Assembly: GCA_965242525.1 (NCBI GenBank)
Contig: OZ251459.1
Span: 896,001-960,000, forward strand
From: an uncultured Candidatus Binatia bacterium
GTDB lineage: Bacteria > Desulfobacterota > Binatia > UBA9968 > JAJDTQ01
Length of the DNA stretch: 64,000 bases
Direction: 5' to 3'
Shown here: positions 48,891-59,691 of the stretch, one piece after another
Layout: every line of letters starts with the position of its first letter
How positions within the stretch are numbered: the stretch's first letter is position 1
Translations under genes and position numbers: made by a program
Notes under the pieces: generated by a model
What the model saw: only the letters and a program-made list of their open reading frames with translations
Databases searched by the model: none
What the model was told of the DNA's origin: nothing

Positions 48891-51039
48891 AGGAGAGAAG
48901 CTGTCCGTGAAACGTCCATCTTCGAAAGGGGGAGACCGACCACCCGAGTACCCCTCCCGGAATTTCCGCTCCGGACGCTTCCCCCTGCTGTTGCTGCTGC
49001 TCGCGCTGTCCACGTTGTTCCTGTGCAACGTGGACAAGGGATACCTCTACCGTCGCGGCTTCCATGACTTCAACACCCTGATGAACTTGGCGATGGCCGA
49101 GAACCTGTCGGCCGACCACAATTTCCGGTTGTTCCGCTGGCTGCGCCCGGGACCGGACGGCGTCCCCACATACGAGATGTACAGCCGCTTTCCCGTGGGC
49201 GGATACGCACTCATCAAGCTCGCCATCCTCCCCTTCGGAAACGACCTGTCCGCCAGGATCCTCGCCGCCCGAATGCTCATGTTGCTGTTGTTCAGCGCCG
49301 CTGCGCTCCTGGCCTTCCACTCCCTCGCCCGCATCACCTCCCGCCACTGGGTCGCGCTGGCCGCCACCCTCATGGCGTTCTCCTCCTACTACATGCTGTT
49401 CCACGGCGACGCGGTTTGCGTGGAGTACAGTGTGGACCTGTTCGCGGTCCTGCTGGCCTTCCACGGCATGGTGGTGTTCGTGCAGGAGGGACGGTTCCGG
49501 CAGTTGCTGGCCAAGACCTTGGTTGCGCTGCTGCTGGGATGGCACGTGTACGCCTTCCTGCTGCCGTTCATCCTCCTGGGTCTGGGGAGCGAGGCAGTCC
49601 GTGCCTGGAAGGACGGAACCGCGGTGTGGCTGCGCTCCACCGGGGCGGCGGTGCTGCGCAGCCGCTACACGGCCCTTGGCTTGGCCGCGCTGCTGTTCGG
49701 CGCGACCGTCCTGGGCTTCAACTTCGCCAACGAGTACACCGCGTTCGAGGGACAGAAGCCGGTGACCGAACTGCCGTTGTTCGACTCCATCCTCAGGCGC
49801 ACCGGACTGAACCGGGACTCCGCCTCCACCGGATGGTGGCTGCACTTCCTGCGAGGACAGTTCACTCGTGTCCGCGTGGCGTCGGTTCCCCTGGCGCTGA
49901 CACACTGGGGCGCCGGTTTGCGGGGGTGGTTCCCCTCGGTTCCCCTTTCGGGGTCCGGCCTTTCGGGGCCGGAGTTGTCGCTTTACCTCCTGTCGTTGCT
50001 GCTGGCGGTGGCCGCAGCCGCGGTCGTGGTCCGGCTTGCGAGGCGGTTGTTACCCCGACGGCGCCGAATGCCGTTCGCCGTCCTTGGCCTGTCGGGGTTT
50101 TTCTGGGCCCTGCCCATGCGCCATAACGTCGTAGACCTCGGCCACGACCATGAGGCCCTGTACTACGTGGGCGTCCCGCTGGTGTTGTACTCACTGCTGC
50201 TGCTGTACGTCCACCAGCGCTGGGGGCAGGCTCCGGTGGTCGGCCTCGCAGTTGCGGCGCTGCTCGCCTTCGTGGTCTCTGCCTTCCAGATGTACCAACG
50301 CTGGATCCCTGACGCCCGGGCGGCGGAGGTCCAGCGCACCGCCATGTCCGAACTCGGGGCCATCCGCGAAACCACCCGGGGAAAGGTGGTCCTGGTCCTC
50401 GATTCCGTCGAGCCGGGATGGCTCACGCAGGTCACGCGGCCGCGCCACGCATGGAGTTACTACCTCGCTGGAAGCATCCCGATATATCCCCGCGACGTGG
50501 AAGCGGGCGCCCGCGCCGCGGACTTCATCGTCACCCCTGACCGTGTGGAGAGCGGCGCCCTGCTCACCCCCGGGAACGAACGGGTGTTCCTGTATGGTCC
50601 CGCAGGTATCGACGACCTGGTGGAGTCGTACCGGGCCGCTTACCGGCAGGTGGTGTCCTCCGGGGACCCTGTGGCGCGCTCCCACTTCGACGTCTATCTC
50701 GGTGACGAAGCGCTGACCTTCGTCAGGGAGCCTTGCGTCCGGGAGGATGTGAGAAACGAGATCCTCTTGAGGGCGGTCCCGGAAGACCTGAAAGACCTGC
50801 CCGGATGGCGCCGCCTGCAATTCGGCTCCGACCACCTCGTCTTCGAATCCATCAGGTTTCCCAAGCTGTTCGAGGAGAAGTGCATGGCTGTCCTTCCACT
50901 CCCCGATTACCCCGTCTCCCGCATCAGGGCGGCACAGAAGCGACACCCATCCCGCATCGAGGTGGGACAGGCGCTACACCGGTCCCGTGACAAGTTATAT
51001 CGACAGGGCTGGAACGTGGAGATACCGGCGGGCGGGTAG
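48880..51039 (+). CDS. GT-C-like membrane protein, copy 4
   Basis: Intact 719-aa paralog. Confidence 0.75.
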   Translation: MGGKGEKLSVKRPSSKGGDRPPEYPSRNFRSGRFPLLLLLLALSTLFLCNVDKGYLYRRGFHDFNTLMNLAMAENLSADHNFRLFRWLRPGPDGVPTYEMYSRFPVGGYALIKLAILPFGNDLSARILAARMLMLLLFSAAALLAFHSLARITSRHWVALAATLMAFSSYYMLFHGDAVCVEYSVDLFAVLLAFHGMVVFVQEGRFRQLLAKTLVALLLGWHVYAFLLPFILLGLGSEAVRAWKDGTAVWLRSTGAAVLRSRYTALGLAALLFGATVLGFNFANEYTAFEGQKPVTELPLFDSILRRTGLNRDSASTGWWLHFLRGQFTRVRVASVPLALTHWGAGLRGWFPSVPLSGSGLSGPELSLYLLSLLLAVAAAAVVVRLARRLLPRRRRMPFAVLGLSGFFWALPMRHNVVDLGHDHEALYYVGVPLVLYSLLLLYVHQRWGQAPVVGLAVAALLAFVVSAFQMYQRWIPDARAAEVQRTAMSELGAIRETTRGKVVLVLDSVEPGWLTQVTRPRHAWSYYLAGSIPIYPRDVEAGARAADFIVTPDRVESGALLTPGNERVFLYGPAGIDDLVESYRAAYRQVVSSGDPVARSHFDVYLGDEALTFVREPCVREDVRNEILLRAVPEDLKDLPGWRRLQFGSDHLVFESIRFPKLFEEKCMAVLPLPDYPVSRIRAAQKRHPSRIEVGQALHRSRDKLYRQGWNVEIPAGG

Positions 51040-51062
51040 TCCCTGCCGGCCGGGGCCATCCC

Positions 51063-53219
51063 ATGGAGGGTAAAGGAAAGCTGTCCATGAAACGTCCATC
51101 TTCGAAAGGGGGAGACGGACCACCCGAGTACCCCTCCCGGAATCTCCGGTCCGGACGCTTCCCTCTGCTGTTGCTGCTGCTCGCACTGTCCACGTTGTTC
51201 CTGTGCAACGTGGACAAGGGATACCTCTACCGTCCCGGCCTCCATGACCTCAACACCATAAGGAACCTGGCGATGGCCGAGAACCTGTCGCCCGACCACC
51301 GTTTCCGGTTGCTCCGGGGGTGGTACATGGGACCGGACAGCGCCCCTGCTTACGACATGTACAGCCGCTTTCCCATGGGCGGATACGTACTCATCAAGCT
51401 CGCCATCCTCCCCTTCGGAAACGACCTGTCCGCCAGTATCCTCGCCGCCCGAATCCTCATGTTGCTCCTGTTCAGCGCCGCAGCGGTCCTGGCCTTCCAC
51501 TCCCTCGTCCGCATCACCTCCCGCGGCTGGGTGGCGCTGGCCGCCACCCTCGCGGCGTTCTCCTCCTACTACATGCTGTTCTACGGCGACGCGGTTTGCG
51601 AGGAGGGCAGCGTGGACCTGTTCGCGGTCATGCTGGTCTTCCACGGCATGGTGGTGTTCGTGCAGGAGGGACGGTTCCGGCAGTTGCTGGCCAAGACCTT
51701 GGTTGCGCTGCTGCTGGGATGGCACGTGTACGCCTTCCTGCTGCCGTTCATCCTCCTGGGCCTGGGGAGCAAGGCTGTCCGTGCCTGGAAGGACGGAACC
51801 GCTGCGTGGCTGCGCTCTGCCGGGGCGGCGGTGCTGCGCAGCCGCTACACGGCCCTTGGCTTGGCCGCGCTGCTGTTCGGCGCTGCGGTCCTGGGCTTCA
51901 ACTTCGCCAACGAGTACACCGCGTTCGGAGGCGAGACCGCGGTGACCGAATTGCCGTCGTTCCGGTCCATGCTCAGGCAGACCGGACTGGACCGGGACTC
52001 CGCCTCCGTCGGATGGTGGCTGCACTTCCTGCGAGGGCAGTTCTATCGTGTCCGCGTGGCCTCGGTTCCCTTGGCGTTGACCGACTGGGGCGCCGGTTTG
52101 CGGGGGTGGTTCCCCTCGGTTCCCTATTCGGGGTCCGGCCTTTCGGGGCCGGAGTTGTCGCTTCACCTCCTGTTGTTGCTGCTGTCGGTGGCCGCCTCTG
52201 CGGTCGTGGTCCGGCTTGCGAGGCGGCTGTTGCCCCGGAGGCGCCGAATGCCGTTGGCCGTCCTTGGCCTGTCGGGGTTCTTCTGGGCCCTGCCCATGCG
52301 CTATAACGTCGCACCCCTCGGCCACGACCACGAGGCCCTGTACTACGTGGGCGTCCCGCTGGTGTTGTACTCACTGCTGCTGCTGTACGTCCACCAGCGC
52401 TGGGGGCATGGTCCGGTGGTCGGTCTCGCAGTTGCGGCGCTGCTCGCCTTCGTGGTCTCCGCGTTCCAGATGTACCAGCGGTGGATCCCTGACGCCCGGG
52501 CGGCCGAGGTCCAGCGCACCGCCATGTCCGAACTCGGGGCCATCCGCGAAACCACCCGGGGAAAGGTGGTCCTGGTCCTCGATTCCGTCGAGCCGGGACG
52601 GTCCACGCATGTCACACGGCCGCGCTACGCATGGAATTACTACCTCGCCGGAAGCATCCTGACATACGCCCGCGCCGTGGAAGCGGGCGCCCGCGCCGCG
52701 GACTTCATCGTCACCCCTGACCGGGTGGAGAGCGGCGCCCTGCTCACACCCGGGAACGAACGGGTGTTCCTGTATGGTTCCGCAGGTATCGACGACCTGG
52801 TGGAGTCGTACCGGGCCGTTTACCGGCAGGTGGTGTCCTCCGGGGCCCCCGTGGCGCGTTCCCACTTCGACGTCTATCTCGGTGACGACGCGCTGACCTT
52901 CGTCAGGGAGCCTTGCGTCCGGGAGGATGTGAGATACTGGATCGTCATGAGCGCGGTCCCGGAAGACCTGAAGGACCTGCCCGGATGGCGCCGCCTGCAA
53001 GTCGGCTCCGACCACCTCGTCTTCAAGTCCAGCAGGTTTCCCATGCTGTTCGAGGAGAAGTGCATGGCTGTCCTTCCACTCCCCGATTACCCCGTCTCCC
53101 GCATCAGGGCGGCACAGAAGCGACGCCCATCCCGCATCGAGGTGGGACAGGCCCTACACCGATCGCGTGACAAGTTATATCGACGGGGCTGGAACGTGGA
53201 GATACCGGCGGGCGGGTAG
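51063..53219 (+). CDS. GT-C-like membrane protein, copy 5
   Basis: Intact 718-aa paralog. Confidence 0.75.
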   Translation: MEGKGKLSMKRPSSKGGDGPPEYPSRNLRSGRFPLLLLLLALSTLFLCNVDKGYLYRPGLHDLNTIRNLAMAENLSPDHRFRLLRGWYMGPDSAPAYDMYSRFPMGGYVLIKLAILPFGNDLSASILAARILMLLLFSAAAVLAFHSLVRITSRGWVALAATLAAFSSYYMLFYGDAVCEEGSVDLFAVMLVFHGMVVFVQEGRFRQLLAKTLVALLLGWHVYAFLLPFILLGLGSKAVRAWKDGTAAWLRSAGAAVLRSRYTALGLAALLFGAAVLGFNFANEYTAFGGETAVTELPSFRSMLRQTGLDRDSASVGWWLHFLRGQFYRVRVASVPLALTDWGAGLRGWFPSVPYSGSGLSGPELSLHLLLLLLSVAASAVVVRLARRLLPRRRRMPLAVLGLSGFFWALPMRYNVAPLGHDHEALYYVGVPLVLYSLLLLYVHQRWGHGPVVGLAVAALLAFVVSAFQMYQRWIPDARAAEVQRTAMSELGAIRETTRGKVVLVLDSVEPGRSTHVTRPRYAWNYYLAGSILTYARAVEAGARAADFIVTPDRVESGALLTPGNERVFLYGSAGIDDLVESYRAVYRQVVSSGAPVARSHFDVYLGDDALTFVREPCVREDVRYWIVMSAVPEDLKDLPGWRRLQVGSDHLVFKSSRFPMLFEEKCMAVLPLPDYPVSRIRAAQKRRPSRIEVGQALHRSRDKLYRRGWNVEIPAGG

Positions 53220-53242
53220 TCCCTGCCGGCCGGGGCCATCCC

Positions 53243-55393
53243 ATGGAGGGTAAAGGAAAGCTGTCCATGAAACGTCCATCCTCGAAAGGGGAGGACGGAC
53301 CACCCGTGTACCCCTCCCGGAATTTCCGGTCCGGACGCTTCCCTCTGCTGTTGCTGCTGCTCGCGCTGTCCACGGTGTTCCTGTGCAACGTGGACAAGGG
53401 ATACCTCCACCGTCGCAACCTCCATGACTTCAACACCATAAGGAACCTGGCGATGGCCGAGAACCTGTCGCCCGACCACCATTTCCGGTTGTTCCTCCAG
53501 CGGGTCGCGAGACCGGGTGGCGCCCCCACATACGACATGTATGGCCGCTTTCCCGTGGGCGGATACGTACTCATCAAGCTCGCCATCCTCCCTTTCGGAA
53601 ACGACCTGTCCGCCAGGATCCTCTCTGCCCGAATGCTCATGTTACTCCTGTTCAGCGCCGCAGCGGTCCTGGCCTTCCACTCCCTCGCCCGCATCACCTC
53701 CCGGGGTTGGGTGGCGCTGGCCGCTACCCTCATGGCGTTCTCTTCCTACTACATGCTGTTCTACGGCGACGCGGTTTCCGTGGAGGGCAGCGTGGACCTG
53801 TTCGCGGTCCTGCTGGCCTTCCACGGCATGGTGGTGTTCGTGCAGGAGGGACGGTTCCGGCAGTTGCTGGCCAAGACCTTGGTTGCGCTGCTGCTGGGGT
53901 GGCACGTGTACGCCTTCCTGCTGCCGTTCCTCCTCCTGGGCCTGGGGAGCGAGGCGGTCCGTGCCTGGAAGGACGGAACCGCGGTGTGGCTGCGTGTGTG
54001 CTCTACCGGGGCGGCGGTGCTGCGCAGCCGCTACACGGCCCTTGGCTTGGCTGCGCTGCTGTTCGGCTCGGCGGTCCTGGGCTTCAACTTCGCCAACGAG
54101 TACACCGCGTTCGGAGGCGAGACCGCGGTGACCGAACTGCCGTCGTTCCGGTCCATGCTCAGGCGCACCGGACTGGACCGGGACTCCGCCTCCGCGGGAT
54201 GGTGGCTGCACTTCCTGCGAGGGCAGTTCTCTCGTGTCCGCATGGCGTCGGTTCCCCTGGCGCTGACCGACTGGGGCGCCGGTTTGCGGGGGTGGTTCCC
54301 CTCGGTTCCCTATTCGGGGTCCGGCCTTTCGGGGCCGGAGTTGTCGCTTTACCTCCTGTTGTTGCTGCTGTCGGTGGCCGCAGCCGCGGTCGTGGTCCGG
54401 CTTGCGAGGCGGCTGTTGCCCCGGAGGCGCCGAATGCCGTTGGCCGTCCTTGGTCTGTCAGGGTTCTTCTGGGCCCTGCCCATGCGCCATAACGTTGCGG
54501 ACTTCGCCCACGACCATGAGGCGGTGTACTACGTGGGGGTCCCGCTGGTGTTGTACTCACTGCTCCTGTTGTACGTCCACAAGCGCTGGGGGCATGGTCC
54601 GGTGGTCGGCTTCGCAGTTGCGGCGCTGCTCGCCTTCGTGGTCTCCGCCTTCCAGATGTACCAGCGATGGATCCCTGACGCCCGGGCGGCGGAGGTCCAG
54701 CGCACCGTCATGTCCGAACTCGGGGCCATCCGCGAAACCACCCGGGGGAAGGTGGTCCTGGTCCTCGAGTCCGTCGAACCGGGATGGTCCCGGCAACTCA
54801 CGCACCCGCGCCACGCATGGAGACATCTCGCCGGAAGCGTCCTGACATACTCCCGTGACGTGGAAGCGGGCGCCCGAGCCGCGGACTTCATCGTCACCCC
54901 TGACCGCGTGGAGAGCGGCGCCCTGCTCACCCCCGGGAACGAACGGGTGTTCCTGTATGGTCCCGCAGGTATCGACGACCTGGTGGAGTCGTACCGGGCC
55001 GCTTACCGGCAGGTGGTGTCCTCCGGGGACCCTGTGGCGCGCTCCCACTTCGACGTCTATCTCGGTGACGAAGCGCTGGCCTTCGTCAGGGAGCCTTGCG
55101 TCCGGGAAGATGTGAGATACTGGATCGTCATGAGCGCGGTTCCGGAAGACCTGAAGGACCTGCCCGGATGGCGCCGCCTGCAATACGGCTCCGACCACCT
55201 CGTCTTCCACTCCACCAGGGCGCCCATGCTGTTCGAAGAGAAGTGTATGGCTGTGTTTCCGCTCCCCGATTACCCCGTCTCCCGCATCGAGGCGAGACAG
55301 AAGCTGCCCCCATCCCGTGACAGTTCCCGTCGACGCGGCTGGAACGTGGAGATACGGGCGCCCCGGTGGCCGGGGCCATCCCATGGAGGGTAA
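53243..55393 (+). CDS. GT-C-like membrane protein, copy 6
   Basis: Intact 716-aa paralog. Confidence 0.75.
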   Translation: MEGKGKLSMKRPSSKGEDGPPVYPSRNFRSGRFPLLLLLLALSTVFLCNVDKGYLHRRNLHDFNTIRNLAMAENLSPDHHFRLFLQRVARPGGAPTYDMYGRFPVGGYVLIKLAILPFGNDLSARILSARMLMLLLFSAAAVLAFHSLARITSRGWVALAATLMAFSSYYMLFYGDAVSVEGSVDLFAVLLAFHGMVVFVQEGRFRQLLAKTLVALLLGWHVYAFLLPFLLLGLGSEAVRAWKDGTAVWLRVCSTGAAVLRSRYTALGLAALLFGSAVLGFNFANEYTAFGGETAVTELPSFRSMLRRTGLDRDSASAGWWLHFLRGQFSRVRMASVPLALTDWGAGLRGWFPSVPYSGSGLSGPELSLYLLLLLLSVAAAAVVVRLARRLLPRRRRMPLAVLGLSGFFWALPMRHNVADFAHDHEAVYYVGVPLVLYSLLLLYVHKRWGHGPVVGFAVAALLAFVVSAFQMYQRWIPDARAAEVQRTVMSELGAIRETTRGKVVLVLESVEPGWSRQLTHPRHAWRHLAGSVLTYSRDVEAGARAADFIVTPDRVESGALLTPGNERVFLYGPAGIDDLVESYRAAYRQVVSSGDPVARSHFDVYLGDEALAFVREPCVREDVRYWIVMSAVPEDLKDLPGWRRLQYGSDHLVFHSTRAPMLFEEKCMAVFPLPDYPVSRIEARQKLPPSRDSSRRRGWNVEIRAPRWPGPSHGG

Positions 55394-57533
55394 AGGAAAG
55401 TTGTCCATGAAACGTCAATCTTCGGAAGGGGGAGACGGACCACCCGAGTACCCCTCCCGGAATTTCCGGTCCGGACGCTTCCCCCTGTTGTTGCTGCTGC
55501 TCGCGCTGTCCACGTTGTTCCTGTGCAACGTGGACAAGGGATACCTCTACCGTCCCAACCTCACTGACTTCGACACCAACCTCCATGACTTCAACACCCT
55601 GGTGAACGTGGCGGTAGCCGAGAACCTGTCGGCCGACCACAATTTCCGGTTGTTCCGCTGGCTGCGCCCGGGACCGGGCGGCGCCCCCACATACTTTATG
55701 TACAGCCGCTTTCCCGTGGGCGGATACGTACTCATCAAGCTCGCCATCCTCCCTTTCGGAAACGACCTGTCCGCCAGGATCCTCGCCGCCCGAATGCTCA
55801 TGTTGCTGTTGTTCAGCGCCGCCGCGGTCCTGGCCTTCCACTCCCTCGCCCGCATCACTTCCCGGGGCTGGGTGGCGCTGGCCGCCACCCTCGCGGCGTT
55901 CTCCTCCTACTACATGCTGTTCTACGGCGACGCGGTTTGCGTGGAGTACAGCGTGGACCTGTTCGCGGTCCTGCTGGCCTTCCACGGCATGGTGGTGTTC
56001 GCGCAGGAGGGACGTTTCCGGCAGTTGCTGGCCAAGACCTTCGTTGCGCTGCTGCTGGGATGGCACGTGTACGCCTTCCTGCTGCCGTTCATCCTCCTGG
56101 GCCTGGGGAGCAAGGCTGTCCGTGCCTGGAAGGACGGAACCGCGGTGTGGCTGCGTGTGCGCTCGGCCGGGGCCGCGGTGCTGCGCAGCCGCTACACGGC
56201 CCTTGGCCTGGCTGCGCTGCTGTTCGGCGCGGCGGTCCTGGGCTTCAACTTCGCCAACGAGTACGCTGCGTTCGGGGGAGAGACCGCGGTGACGGAACTG
56301 CCGTCGTTCCAGACCATGCTCATGCGCACCGGACTGGGCCAGGACGCGGCCTCCGTCGGATGGTGGCTGCACTTCCTGCGAGGACAGTTCACTCGTGTCC
56401 GCGTGGCGTCGGTTCCCCTGGCGCTTGCCGACCGGGGCGCCGGTTTGCGGGGATGGTTCCCCTCGGTTCCCTATTCGGGGTCCGGCTTTTCGGGGCCGGA
56501 GTTGTCGCTCTACCTCCTGTTGTTGCTGCTGGCGGTGGCCGCCTCCGCGGTCGTGGTCCGGCTTGCGAGGTCGCTGTTGCCTCGGCGACACCAAATGCCG
56601 TTCGTCGCCCTTGGCCTGTCGGGGTTCTTCTGGGCCCTGCCCATGCGCCATAACGTTGGCCCCACCATCCACGACCATGAGGCGGTGTACTACGTGGGCG
56701 TGCCGCTGGTGTTGTACTCACTGCTCCTGCTGTACGTCCACAAGCGCTGGGGGCATGGTCCGGTGGTCGGCTTCGCAGTTGCGGCGCTGCTCGTCTTCGT
56801 GGTCTCCGCCTTCCAGATGTACCAGCGCTGGCGCCCTGACCCCCGGGTGGCGGAGGTCCAGCGAACCGTCATGTCCGAACTCGGAGCCATCCGCGAAACC
56901 ACCCGGGGAAAGGTGGTCATGGTCCTCGATTCCGTCGATCCCGGACGGTCCGCGCAGGTCTCACGGCCGCGCTACTCATGGAATTACTACCTCGCCGGAA
57001 GCATCCCGACATACGCCCGCGACGTGGAAGCGGGCGCCCGCGCCGCGGACTTCATCGTCACCCCTGACCGGGTGGAGAGCGGCGCCCTGCTCACTCCCGG
57101 GAACGAACGGATGTTCCTGTATGGTCCCGCAGGTATCGACGACCTGGTGGAGTGGTACCGGGCCGTTTACCGGCAGGTGGTGTCCTCCGGGGACCCTGTG
57201 GCGCGTTCCCACTTCGACGTCTATCTCGGTGACGAAGCGCTGACCTTCGTCAGGGAGCCTTGCGTCCGGGAGGATGTGAACCCCGAGATCCTCTTGAGGG
57301 CGGTCCCGGAAGACCTGGAGGACCTGCCCGGATGGCTCCGCATGCAATACGGCTCCGGCCACCTCGTCTTCCAGTCCCGCAGGTTTCCCATGCTGTTCGA
57401 GGAGAAGTGTATGGCTGTCCTTCCACTCCCCGATTACCCCGTCTCCCGCATCGAGGCGAGACAGAAGCTACCCCCATCCCGTGACAGTTCCCATCGACGC
57501 GGCTGGAACGTGGAGATACCGGCCAGCCGGTAG
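55383..57533 (+). CDS. GT-C-like membrane protein, copy 7
   Basis: Intact paralog with a 7-aa duplication in the first loop. Confidence 0.75.
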   Translation: MEGKGKLSMKRQSSEGGDGPPEYPSRNFRSGRFPLLLLLLALSTLFLCNVDKGYLYRPNLTDFDTNLHDFNTLVNVAVAENLSADHNFRLFRWLRPGPGGAPTYFMYSRFPVGGYVLIKLAILPFGNDLSARILAARMLMLLLFSAAAVLAFHSLARITSRGWVALAATLAAFSSYYMLFYGDAVCVEYSVDLFAVLLAFHGMVVFAQEGRFRQLLAKTFVALLLGWHVYAFLLPFILLGLGSKAVRAWKDGTAVWLRVRSAGAAVLRSRYTALGLAALLFGAAVLGFNFANEYAAFGGETAVTELPSFQTMLMRTGLGQDAASVGWWLHFLRGQFTRVRVASVPLALADRGAGLRGWFPSVPYSGSGFSGPELSLYLLLLLLAVAASAVVVRLARSLLPRRHQMPFVALGLSGFFWALPMRHNVGPTIHDHEAVYYVGVPLVLYSLLLLYVHKRWGHGPVVGFAVAALLVFVVSAFQMYQRWRPDPRVAEVQRTVMSELGAIRETTRGKVVMVLDSVDPGRSAQVSRPRYSWNYYLAGSIPTYARDVEAGARAADFIVTPDRVESGALLTPGNERMFLYGPAGIDDLVEWYRAVYRQVVSSGDPVARSHFDVYLGDEALTFVREPCVREDVNPEILLRAVPEDLEDLPGWLRMQYGSGHLVFQSRRFPMLFEEKCMAVLPLPDYPVSRIEARQKLPPSRDSSHRRGWNVEIPASR

Positions 57534-57556
57534 TCCCCGCCGGCCAGAGCCATCCC

Positions 57557-59668
57557 ATGGAGGGTAAAGGAAAGTTGTCCATGAAACGTCGATCTTCGGA
57601 AGGAGGGGACAGACCACCCGAGTACCCCTCGCGGAATTTCCGGTCCGGAGGCTTCCCCCTGCTGTTGCTGCTGCTCGCGCTGTCCACGTTGTTCCTGTGC
57701 AACCTGGACAAGGGATACCTCTACCGTCCCAACCTCCATGACTTCAACACCGTAAGGAACCTGACGCTGGCCGAGAACCTGTCGCCCGACCACAATTTCC
57801 GGTTGTTCCTCCACGGATTCAGAGGATCGGGCGACGCCTCTACGTACTATATGTACAGCCGCTTTCCCGTGGGTGGATACGTATTCATCAAGCTCGCCAT
57901 CCTCCCCTTCGGAAACGACTTGTCCGCCAGTATCCTCGCGGCCCGAATGCTCATGTTGCTCCTGTTCAGCGCCGCAGCAGTCCTGGCGTTCCACTCCCTC
58001 GCCCGCCTCACTTCCCGGGGCTGGGTCGCCCTGGCCGCCACCCTCGCGGCGTTCTCCTCCTACTACATGCTGTTCCACGGCGACTCGGTCTCCGTGGAGG
58101 TCAGCGTGGACCTGTTCGCGGTCCTGCTGGCCTTCCACGGCATGGTGGTGTTCGTGCAGGAGGGACGGTTCCGGCAGTTGCTGGTCAAGACCTTGGTTGC
58201 GCTGCTGCTGGGGTGGCACGTGTACGCCTTCCTGTCGCCGTTCATCCTCCTGGGCCTGGGGAGCGAGGCAGTCCGTGCCTGGAAGGACGGGACCGCGCTG
58301 TGGCCTCGTGTGCGCTCGGTGGGGGCGGCGGTGCTGCGCAGCCGCTACACGGCCCTTGGCCTGGCTGCGCTGCTGTTCGGCGCGGCGGTCCTGGGCTTCA
58401 ACTTCGCCAACGAGTACGCCGCGTTCGGAGGAGAGACCGCGGTGACGGAACTGCCGTTGTTCGACTCCATGCTCAGGCGCACCGGACTGGGCCAGGACTC
58501 CGCCTCCGCCGGATGGTGGCTGCACTTCCTGCGAGGGCAGTTCTCTCGTGTCCGCATGGCGTCGGTTCCCCTGGTGCTGGCCCACTGGGGCGCCGGTTTG
58601 CGGGAGTGGTTCCCTTCGGTTCCCTATTCGGAGTCCGGCTTTTCGGGGCCGGAGTTGTCGCTTTACCTCCTGCTGCTGCTGGCGGTGGCCGCAGCCGCGG
58701 TCGTGGTCCGTCTCGCGGGGCGGCTGTTACCCCGGCGGCGCCAAGTGCTGTTCACCGTTCTTGGCCTGTCGGGGTTCTTCTGGGCCCTGCCCATGCGCCA
58801 TAACGTCGTAGACTTCGCCCACGACCATGAGGCGGTGTACTACGTGGGCGTGCCACTGGTGTTGTATTCACTGTTCCTGTTGTACGTCCACAAGCGCTGG
58901 GGGCATGGTCCGGTGGTCGGCTTCGCAGTTGCGGCGCTGCTCGCCTTCGTGGTCTCCGCCTTCCAGATGTACCAGCGCTGGGTCCCTGACGCCCGGGCGG
59001 CCGAGGTCCAGCGCACCGCCATGTCCGAACTTGGGGCCATCCGCGAAACCACCCGGGGAAAGGTGGTCCTGGTGATCGAGTCCGTCGAGCCGGGACGGTC
59101 CGCGCAGGTCTCACAGCCGCGCTACGCATGGAGTTACTACCTCGCCGGAAGCATCCCGACATACGCCCGCGACGTGGAAGCGGACGCCCGCGCGGCGGAC
59201 TTCATCGTCGCCCATGACCGGGTGGAGAGCGGCGCCCTGCTCACCCCCGGGAACGAATGGGTGTTCCTGTATGGTTCCGCAGGTATCGACGACCTGGTGG
59301 AGTCGTACCGGGCGGCTTACCGGCGGGTGGTGTCCTCCGGGGACCCTGTGGCGCGCTCCCACTTCGACGTCTATCTCGGTGACGAAGCGCTGACCTTCGT
59401 CAGGGGGCCTTGCGTCCGGGAGGATGTGAACCGCAAGATCTTCCTGAGGGCGGTCCCGGAAGACCTGAAGGACCTGCCCGGATGGAGCCGCCTGCAATAC
59501 GGCTCCGACCACCACATCTTCCAGTCCATCAGGGTGCCCATGCTGTTCGAGGAGAAGTGTATGGCTGTCCTTCCACTCCCCGATTACCCCGTCTCCCGCA
59601 TCAGGGCGGCACAGAAGCGACACCCTTCCCATGACGGCTGGAACGTGGAGATACGGGCGAGCCGGTAG
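57557..59668 (+). CDS. GT-C-like membrane protein, copy 8
   Basis: Intact 703-aa paralog. Confidence 0.75.
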   Translation: MEGKGKLSMKRRSSEGGDRPPEYPSRNFRSGGFPLLLLLLALSTLFLCNLDKGYLYRPNLHDFNTVRNLTLAENLSPDHNFRLFLHGFRGSGDASTYYMYSRFPVGGYVFIKLAILPFGNDLSASILAARMLMLLLFSAAAVLAFHSLARLTSRGWVALAATLAAFSSYYMLFHGDSVSVEVSVDLFAVLLAFHGMVVFVQEGRFRQLLVKTLVALLLGWHVYAFLSPFILLGLGSEAVRAWKDGTALWPRVRSVGAAVLRSRYTALGLAALLFGAAVLGFNFANEYAAFGGETAVTELPLFDSMLRRTGLGQDSASAGWWLHFLRGQFSRVRMASVPLVLAHWGAGLREWFPSVPYSESGFSGPELSLYLLLLLAVAAAAVVVRLAGRLLPRRRQVLFTVLGLSGFFWALPMRHNVVDFAHDHEAVYYVGVPLVLYSLFLLYVHKRWGHGPVVGFAVAALLAFVVSAFQMYQRWVPDARAAEVQRTAMSELGAIRETTRGKVVLVIESVEPGRSAQVSQPRYAWSYYLAGSIPTYARDVEADARAADFIVAHDRVESGALLTPGNEWVFLYGSAGIDDLVESYRAAYRRVVSSGDPVARSHFDVYLGDEALTFVRGPCVREDVNRKIFLRAVPEDLKDLPGWSRLQYGSDHHIFQSIRVPMLFEEKCMAVLPLPDYPVSRIRAAQKRHPSHDGWNVEIRASR

Positions 59669-59691
59669 TCCCTGCCGGCCGGGGCCATCCC

